From the NCBI GenBank assembly GCA_041665505.1, contig JBAYIR010000001.1, positions 220,392 to 284,391 on the forward strand: a stretch of 64,000 nucleotides of DNA, given 5' to 3'. Shown piece after piece: positions 26,984 to 33,618 of this stretch. The DNA is from Patescibacteria group bacterium. Lineage in GTDB: Bacteria > Patescibacteriota > Patescibacteriia > UBA1558 > GWA2-36-10. Numbering within the stretch: position 1 is the stretch's first letter; every line of letters begins with the position of its first letter. The notes beneath the pieces were generated by a model. The model ran no database searches. It worked only from the letters and a program-made list of their open reading frames with translations, and was not told where the DNA came from. The position numbers and the translations under genes were made by a program.

Positions 26984-27346
26984 GTATCTAGAAGTTCCAT
27001 TTTCAAAATCCATCGTGGTTGTAGAAGTCCTAGGAGGGGAAGAAAGAAGCGACTCAATTAGGGAAGATGACCATGATGGTAGACCATCAAACTACGAAGT
27101 TAAGTAGAGGCGCCTGAACGTCTGCCAAACGACGGCCCTCTCCAGCCAATTAACTTCCTGCTTTGATGGTCATCCTTGGATGACTGCTGCTGTGAGCATC
27201 ACGTGTGAGTATCACGCCGAGCTCTCGCCTTCGGCATAGGTGGTGTTTTGCTCAACCCGAGCTTAAGTTCTAAGTCCTCAGCCGCTTGTAGCAGCAGCAT
27301 CCATGGATGAGCCCCCGGTCCGTACTGGGGGCTCGCTTTCTTTTTT
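26984..27346 (+). ncRNA. Candidate structured ncRNA A (about 360 nt), class unknown
   Basis: No ORF of 60 aa or more on either strand despite high GC. Long-range complementarities include CCTTGGATGACTGCTGCTG with CAGCAGCATCCATGG, and GATGACCAT with ATGGTCATC. There is a UUCG-type tetraloop (GCCTTCGGC). It ends in a strong terminator: a 10-bp GC stem at 27309-27334 followed by TTTCTTTTTT. Confidence 0.5.
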
Positions 27347-27359
27347 AAAATTTATACTA

Positions 27360-27388
27360 TTGACATTAACTATAAAATAAGCTATAAT
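27360..27388 (+). promoter_or_regulatory. Sigma-70 promoter (TTGACA-17-TATAAT, perfect consensus)
   Basis: Located immediately after the terminator of unit A. Confidence 0.6.
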
Positions 27389-27394
27389 ATATAA

Positions 27395-27647
27395 TCCTTT
27401 CGTTTTTTGTAGCCATGAGCTAATAAGCTAATGGGTCGCCGGTAGGTAACTCCAGGTCGTTGTAAGGGCACCCTCCTTCAATGACTGCCACCACGCCTGT
27501 CGGCGACCCAGTTAATAGTTGGACCTTGGGCTGGGAAGCATATTCCCCAGCACCACTAGCCGAGCTGAGCTGAGCGGAAAACTCAGTCCAAGGTCCACCA
27601 CCTTTTGCCCTGCCAGAAGATCACTTCGGCAGGGTCTTCAATTTGTC
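27395..27647 (+). ncRNA. Candidate structured RNA B (about 250 nt); possibly a cis-regulatory leader of alaS or an independent sRNA
   Basis: 9-bp helices GGGTCGCCG/CGGCGACCC and GGACCTTGG/CCAAGGTCC, plus internal hairpins (CTGGGAA-gcata-TTCCCAG and CTGAG-cggaaaa-CTCAG). Ends in the terminator-like hairpin CCCTGCC...GGCAGGG followed by a U-rich tail. About 85 nt upstream of alaS. Confidence 0.45.
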
Positions 27648-27732
27648 AAAATTAATTGACTTTTTAGCTTAAATTTATTAAAATATATAAGTATTTACTA
27701 TAAAAGTAGTAAATTTTTTCCAATAAACAATT

Positions 27733-29502
27733 ATGACTAGCCAAGAATTAAAAAACAATTTTTTCCAATATTTTCAGAGCAAAGATCATACTTTGATTAG
27801 TTCTGCTTCTTTGATTCCAGAAAATGACCCCACAGTATTATTTACTACTGCTGGTATGCATCCTTTGGTCCCATATTTGATGGGTGAAAAACATCCTGCT
27901 GGTCTGCGTCTGGTTAATGTTCAAAAATGTCTACGCACCGGAGATATTGATGAGGTAGGGGATGCTACACACCATACTTTTTTTGAAATGCTTGGTAATT
28001 GGTCTTTGGGGGATTATTTTAAAAAAGAGGCTATTGAATTTTCTTGGGAATTTTTAACTGAGATATTAAAACTAGATAAAAATAAATTAGCTGTTAGTGT
28101 CTTTGCTGGAGATGATGATGTTAGTCGTGATGAAGAAAGCTCTCAGATTTGGCAAAGCATTGGCGTTAGCAAAATTGCTTATCTTGGTAAAAAAGATAAT
28201 TGGTGGGGCCCAGCTGGACAGACTGGTCCTTGTGGTCCAGATACTGAAATATTTTATTGGACTAGTAGTGAGTCTGTACCAGATAATTTTGATCCAGAAG
28301 ATAAACGCTGGGTAGAAATCTGGAACAATGTCCTGATGCAATATAATAAAACTATTAATGGCCAGTATGAGCCACTGAATCAAAAAAATATTGACACTGG
28401 TATGGGTCTAGAAAGGACTCTAGCTGTTTTAAATGGTCTAGATGATAATTATTTGACTGAACTTTGGCAGCCGATTATTAAACAATTAGAAAAATTGTCA
28501 GCTAAAAAATACGGAGATGATAAAAAATCTTTTCGTATTGTAGCTGATCATATCAGGAGTGCTGTATTTTTGATGGGTGACCCTAGAGGTATTGCTCCGG
28601 CCAATAAAGATCAAGGTTATGTACTGCGTCGATTAATCAGACGAGCCATTCGTTTTGCTAAATTATTGGGTATAGAACAAGATTTTTGTGTATCCTTAGC
28701 TCAAGTGATTATTGATTTATATAAAATAGATTACCCGGAATTAGAAACAAATCAAAAATTTATAATTGATGAATTAGCTAAAGAAGAAAATAAATTTAGT
28801 CAGACGATTGAAAAAGGTATTAAAGAATTAGAAAAATTAGTAGACAAAAATTTGCTCAATGAAAAAGAAGCTTTTCAACTTTTTGCTACTTATGGCTTTC
28901 CATTAGAGATGACTTTGGAATTAGCTAAAGAAAAAGGCTTAAATTTGTCTGAAAGTAAATATCAAACAGAATTTAAACAACACCAAGATTTATCTCGCAC
29001 CGCTTCAGCTGGTATGTTTAAAGGTGGTTTAGCTGATGATAGCGAAATGGCCACCAAATATCATACTGCTACTCATCTTTTGCACCAAGCACTGCGTAAT
29101 GTTTTAGGTAATCATGTGGAGCAGCGTGGTTCTAATATCAATGCTGAGCGCTTACGTTTTGATTTTGTACATCCTGATCCAATGACCGCAGAGCAGATAA
29201 AAAAAGTAGAGGATATTGTCAATCAACAAATTCAATTGGCTTTGGCAGTTACTTGTGATGAGATGTCAGTAGCTGAAGCCAAAGAGCAGGGAGCAATTGG
29301 ATTATTTGATAAAAAATACGGAGAAAAAATAAAAGTATACACAGTTGGTCCAAACTCCTCAACCAGCTCGGAACCTCCTTTTAGTCGGGAAATTTGTGGT
29401 GGTCCACATGTCAAAAATACTAATGAATTAGGTAAATTTAGTATCAAAAAAGAGCAGTCTTCTTCAGCTGGTATCAGACGTATAAAAGCGGTGTTAGAAT
29501 AA
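27733..29502 (+). CDS. alaS: Alanine--tRNA ligase, short form (catalytic plus editing domains; lacks the C-terminal C-Ala/oligomerisation region)
   Basis: Class II AlaRS N-terminus (FTTAGMHPLVPY), WGPAGQTGPCGPDTEI, and editing-domain HxxxH (HTATHLLHQALRNVLG). Only 589 aa. Confidence 0.85.
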   Translation: MTSQELKNNFFQYFQSKDHTLISSASLIPENDPTVLFTTAGMHPLVPYLMGEKHPAGLRLVNVQKCLRTGDIDEVGDATHHTFFEMLGNWSLGDYFKKEAIEFSWEFLTEILKLDKNKLAVSVFAGDDDVSRDEESSQIWQSIGVSKIAYLGKKDNWWGPAGQTGPCGPDTEIFYWTSSESVPDNFDPEDKRWVEIWNNVLMQYNKTINGQYEPLNQKNIDTGMGLERTLAVLNGLDDNYLTELWQPIIKQLEKLSAKKYGDDKKSFRIVADHIRSAVFLMGDPRGIAPANKDQGYVLRRLIRRAIRFAKLLGIEQDFCVSLAQVIIDLYKIDYPELETNQKFIIDELAKEENKFSQTIEKGIKELEKLVDKNLLNEKEAFQLFATYGFPLEMTLELAKEKGLNLSESKYQTEFKQHQDLSRTASAGMFKGGLADDSEMATKYHTATHLLHQALRNVLGNHVEQRGSNINAERLRFDFVHPDPMTAEQIKKVEDIVNQQIQLALAVTCDEMSVAEAKEQGAIGLFDKKYGEKIKVYTVGPNSSTSSEPPFSREICGGPHVKNTNELGKFSIKKEQSSSAGIRRIKAVLE

Positions 29503-29567
29503 TTGCTATAAATTATTAAATTTGCTACATTTAATATATATAATATATAAATTATTAAACAAAAATT

Positions 29568-29777
29568 ATGAAAAAAACAATCGTCTTAAGTATTTTACTA
29601 TTAGTAGCTAAGGCCGCCAAAGCCCAAGAAACAACTACAACAGTAGCTCCTTTTTGGCAAGATAAAACTTTTTTAATGTTAACTGGTGGAGCACTTTTCT
29701 TGATTATTCTTCTAATAGTTAAAAAGGTAGTAGAAAAACGTAGCGCCAAAAAATACACCAATAGTGAAAATTCATAA
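29568..29777 (+). CDS. Small secreted/membrane protein
   Basis: Signal peptide plus TM helix, 69 aa. Confidence 0.35.
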   Translation: MKKTIVLSILLLVAKAAKAQETTTTVAPFWQDKTFLMLTGGALFLIILLIVKKVVEKRSAKKYTNSENS

Positions 29778-29782
29778 AATTT

Positions 29783-30145
29783 ATGGAGTTTAAAATTTAT
29801 AATCAAAATTTTGATTTGTCTGAGCCTTTTAGGCAATATCTACAAGAAAAGTTTAATAGCCTAGATAAATATCAAGCTAATATTCTTGATTTTCAAATAA
29901 AACTCATTAGAGATCAACATCATCAGAAAGGTGAGGTTTATATTATAGAAGTAAAATTGTCTTTACCAAATACTGAATCTATATTTATCAAAGAAGAAGC
30001 TAGTGACGCTCGGGCCGCTGTAGATCAGGCTCAGGAAAAATTGGCTAGACTTTTGGTTAAAAATAAAAATAGGAAATTGGGTAAATTAAGAAGAAATATT
30101 AAAAAATTTCAATCATTAAAATTTTGGAAAAAGAAAGAATACTAG
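29783..30145 (+). CDS. hpf: Ribosome hibernation promoting factor (RaiA/YfiA family)
   Basis: MEFKIYNQNFDLSEPFRQYLQEKFNSLDKY... is typical of HPF. Confidence 0.8.
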   Translation: MEFKIYNQNFDLSEPFRQYLQEKFNSLDKYQANILDFQIKLIRDQHHQKGEVYIIEVKLSLPNTESIFIKEEASDARAAVDQAQEKLARLLVKNKNRKLGKLRRNIKKFQSLKFWKKKEY

Positions 30146-30146
30146 T

Positions 30147-32909
30147 ATGTTAAAATTCATAGATAAGCTGTTTGGAGATGCTAATGAAAAATTTTTAAAA
30201 ACTCTTGAGCCTCAAATAAATGCTATAAATGAGGCGGAACAAAAATTTCTCAAACAGACTGATGAAGAACTGAAAGCTGAGAGTTTAAATTTAAAACAAC
30301 AAATAAAAGACGGTACCAAATTGGATGATGTCCTGGTACCGGCTTTTGCCCTTGTAAAGGTAGCGGCCCAGCGTACTTTGGGTCAACGTCATTATGATGT
30401 ACAGCTACTGGGTGGTATTGTCTTACACCAAGGACAAATAGCTGAAATGAAAACTGGTGAAGGTAAAACCCTTACTTCAACTTTAGCTATATATTTAAAT
30501 GCTCTAGCTGGACAAGGCGTGCATGTGATTACTGTTAATGACTATTTAGCCAAACGTGATGCTGTTTGGATGTCCAAAATATATTCATTTTTAGGCTTAA
30601 GTATTGGTGTAATTTCTCATGAAAGTGCTTTTGTTTATGATACTAGTCACAGTGCTGACAAAAATTTAGACTCTCAGGTTAAAATAGCTATGGATTATTT
30701 AAGGCCAGTCGCTAGAAAAGAGGCTTATGCAGCTGATATTACTTATGGTACCAATAATGAGTTTGGTTTTGACTATTTGCGTGACAATATGGCTCAAGAT
30801 GCCGCCAGGCAAGTCCAACGCGGATTGCATTATGCTTTAATTGATGAAGTTGATAGTGTTTTAATTGATGAAGCTAGAACACCATTGATAATTTCTGCTC
30901 CAGCTGAACAATCGACTGATCGCTACAGCCAGTTTGCCCAAATAATTGAAAATCTTAAAGTCAATGAAGATTATAATATTGATGAAAAAATGAAAGCTTG
31001 TACCTTGACTGAAGAGGGTTTGATAAAAATGGAAAAACTGCTAGGCGTAGATAATATCTATGAGAGTCATGGTATGGAGATTATCCATCATATAGAGTCT
31101 GCTCTTAAAGCTAAAACTTTGTTTGCCAAGGATATAGATTATGTCATCAAAGACAATGAAATAATAATTATTGATGAATTTACTGGTCGAATGATGCCAG
31201 GTCGTCGTTATAGTGAAGGACTTCATCAAGCTATTGAAGCTAAAGAAGGAGTAGAAGTCCAACGTGAAAGTATGACATTAGCTACTGTCACTTTTCAAAA
31301 TTATTTTCGTATGTATACCAAATTGGCTGGTATGACTGGAACGGCGGCTACTGAAGCTGAAGAAATGGCCAAAATTTATCATTTAGATGTTACTGTCATA
31401 CCGACTAACAAAGCTTTTATTAGAGATGATCGCGCTGATAGAATTTATAAAAACTATCGTGGCAAGCTCAAATCTATTATTAAAGAGATAAAAGAGCGCC
31501 ATGAAAAAGGTCAGCCAGTGCTAGTTGGTACTATTTCTATTGAAAAAAATGAAGAGCTTGGACAACTATTAGAAAAAGCTGGCATTCCACACCAACTACT
31601 CAATGCCAAATTTCATGAAAAAGAAGCAGAGATTATTGCTCAAGCTGGTCGCAGAGGTGCAGTGACTGTAGCTACCAACATGGCTGGCCGAGGAGTAGAT
31701 ATTATATTAGGTGGAGCACCATTTGATCAGGTCAAATATGATGAAATCATCTCTTTGGGTGGTTTGCATGTTTTGGGTACAGAACGTCATGAATCACGTC
31801 GCATTGACAATCAGCTGCGCGGTCGTAGTGGTCGTCAAGGTGATATTGGTTCATCTCAATTTTATATTTCCATGGAAGATGATTTGATGCGGGTTTTTGG
31901 TTCAGATCGTATGAAAAACGTCATGGATAGATTAGGTCTAGCCGAAGACATGCCTATAGAAAATAAAATCATTTCCAATTCTATAGAATCAGCTCAAAAG
32001 AAAGTAGAAGGTCATAATTTTGATATTAGAAAACATTTGGTAGAATATGATGATGTTATCAATAAACATCGTCAAGTGGTTTATAATTCTCGTCAGCAAT
32101 TACTACAAATTTTTTCTGACAAAGAACACAAATCTGAAAAAACTTCTCAAGATATAGTTTTAGATTATGTCAGCCAAGAAATTGAAAATGTTATCTCATT
32201 TCATACTTTGGGTGAAAAAAATGTAGGGGACTTTGATCCCAAAGAAATTTTGGAAACTTTAAAAGCTATATTTATTCTGGATAGTCAAGAAGAAAATAAA
32301 ATAAAAGAACTTTTGACTCAAAACGGTCGCAGTAATTCTCATGACAATCGGGATAAAATAATTGAGTATATTATTTCTATTGCCAAGGAAAAGTATCTTA
32401 AATTGACTGAGGAAATAAATACCAATGTCAGTCTAGCTGATAATACTTGGACACCAATGCAAATTATTGAGTGTAGTATGGTGCTTAGAAGTATTGATAC
32501 TCTATGGGTAGAACATTTGACTGCTATGGATAAGCTCCGGACAGGTATTGGCTTACAAGGCTATGGTCAAAGAGATCCACTGGTGGAATACAAACGTGAG
32601 GCCTTTGGTCTTTTTAATAGTTTACTTGATGCTATCCGTAAACAAATAGTTTATTCTGTCTTCAAAGTCAGTTTAAAAAGAAATGCCGTTGCCAATAACC
32701 CCAGCCAAGCTAGACCAGGGGAAAGCCAAAAAGTTTTTGAAGAGCAAAAACAAGGCTATCAGCCATTTCAAAAACAAGTAGCCAATCGAGAAGTCCAACA
32801 TAAAGCTGTTTCCAATAAACCAAAAAATCAGGCTGGCGAAATAATCGGCCGAAATGACCTCTGTTATTGCGGTTCTAGTAAAAAATATAAGAAGTGCCAT
32901 GGGAAGTAA
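30147..32909 (+). CDS. secA: Preprotein translocase ATPase SecA
   Basis: Walker A MKTGEGKT, DEAD-like motor motifs, and a C-terminal zinc finger CYCGSSKKYKKCHG. Confidence 0.92.
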   Translation: MLKFIDKLFGDANEKFLKTLEPQINAINEAEQKFLKQTDEELKAESLNLKQQIKDGTKLDDVLVPAFALVKVAAQRTLGQRHYDVQLLGGIVLHQGQIAEMKTGEGKTLTSTLAIYLNALAGQGVHVITVNDYLAKRDAVWMSKIYSFLGLSIGVISHESAFVYDTSHSADKNLDSQVKIAMDYLRPVARKEAYAADITYGTNNEFGFDYLRDNMAQDAARQVQRGLHYALIDEVDSVLIDEARTPLIISAPAEQSTDRYSQFAQIIENLKVNEDYNIDEKMKACTLTEEGLIKMEKLLGVDNIYESHGMEIIHHIESALKAKTLFAKDIDYVIKDNEIIIIDEFTGRMMPGRRYSEGLHQAIEAKEGVEVQRESMTLATVTFQNYFRMYTKLAGMTGTAATEAEEMAKIYHLDVTVIPTNKAFIRDDRADRIYKNYRGKLKSIIKEIKERHEKGQPVLVGTISIEKNEELGQLLEKAGIPHQLLNAKFHEKEAEIIAQAGRRGAVTVATNMAGRGVDIILGGAPFDQVKYDEIISLGGLHVLGTERHESRRIDNQLRGRSGRQGDIGSSQFYISMEDDLMRVFGSDRMKNVMDRLGLAEDMPIENKIISNSIESAQKKVEGHNFDIRKHLVEYDDVINKHRQVVYNSRQQLLQIFSDKEHKSEKTSQDIVLDYVSQEIENVISFHTLGEKNVGDFDPKEILETLKAIFILDSQEENKIKELLTQNGRSNSHDNRDKIIEYIISIAKEKYLKLTEEINTNVSLADNTWTPMQIIECSMVLRSIDTLWVEHLTAMDKLRTGIGLQGYGQRDPLVEYKREAFGLFNSLLDAIRKQIVYSVFKVSLKRNAVANNPSQARPGESQKVFEEQKQGYQPFQKQVANREVQHKAVSNKPKNQAGEIIGRNDLCYCGSSKKYKKCHGK

Positions 32910-33250
32910 AATTTAATTTATTTAAATTTATGGATTTAAAAGGACACATTAAGCGGGCTGTAACCATCAAAAATAAGTATGCTTTAGTGGAAATAAAAAC
33001 ATCTGGCAAGCCATGGAGTGTTTTGGAAAGAACTCAGGGTTTCATGGGAGATGCTGGAGATTTAATGAAGCTAGTAATGGCTAAAAATAATTTAAGAAAC
33101 ATTGATAATGTTGATGAAAAATTAAAACACGAGTTATCTGATTGTTTATGGTCAATATTAGTCATTGCCGATGAGTTAGGTATAGATATGGATGAGGAAT
33201 TTACAAAAAGTATGGATGATTTAGAAAAAAAAATTTTAGTTATAAAATAA
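32894..33250 (+). CDS. MazG-like nucleotide pyrophosphohydrolase (small, YpjD-type)
   Basis: EExGE/ADELGD-type motif (LSDCLWSILVIADELGIDMDEEF). Confidence 0.6.
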   Translation: MPWEVKFNLFKFMDLKGHIKRAVTIKNKYALVEIKTSGKPWSVLERTQGFMGDAGDLMKLVMAKNNLRNIDNVDEKLKHELSDCLWSILVIADELGIDMDEEFTKSMDDLEKKILVIK

Positions 33251-33282
33251 AGTATAAACATTATCATGGGAAATAAAGCACT

Positions 33283-33618
33283 ATGAAGAAATTCCGAACA
33301 AAAGAATACGAAGAAGATTGCAGAATAACAGGAGAATTTAATAATTGTACTTTAGCTATTGCCCGCGCAGTAACAAAAGAGCTTTTGCCTCAAGAAAAGA
33401 TGCATTCTCATCTTAATACCACGGAATATTATATATTCCTTAGAGGTAAAGCTGAAATGTTGGTTAATAATGATATTATTAAGGTAGCCCAAGGGGATGT
33501 TTTGATGATTGAACCTGGAGAAATGCATAAAGTAAACAAAATAATAGAAGAGATAGACTATATCGCTATACGTGACTCAATTACCAAAGATAAAAAATTA
33601 AATGACAAACAGTCATAA
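33283..33618 (+). CDS. Cupin domain protein
   Basis: GEMHKV cupin motif 2 region. 111 aa. Confidence 0.5.
   Translation: MKKFRTKEYEEDCRITGEFNNCTLAIARAVTKELLPQEKMHSHLNTTEYYIFLRGKAEMLVNNDIIKVAQGDVLMIEPGEMHKVNKIIEEIDYIAIRDSITKDKKLNDKQS

Noticed and set aside
26984-27647. Possibility that the GC-rich RNA units are RNase P RNA, tmRNA, SRP RNA or a T-box
   Set aside because: By eye I could not find the diagnostic conserved boxes: RNase P P4 GGAAAGUCCGGGCUCC / ACAGAAnCCGGCUUA, the tmRNA GGUUCGAnUCC T-arm with 3' CCA and an ...ALAA tag ORF, the SRP GGAA helix-8 motif context, or the T-box AGGGUGGNACCGCG. They are therefore left as unknown class. A covariance-model search could overturn this.
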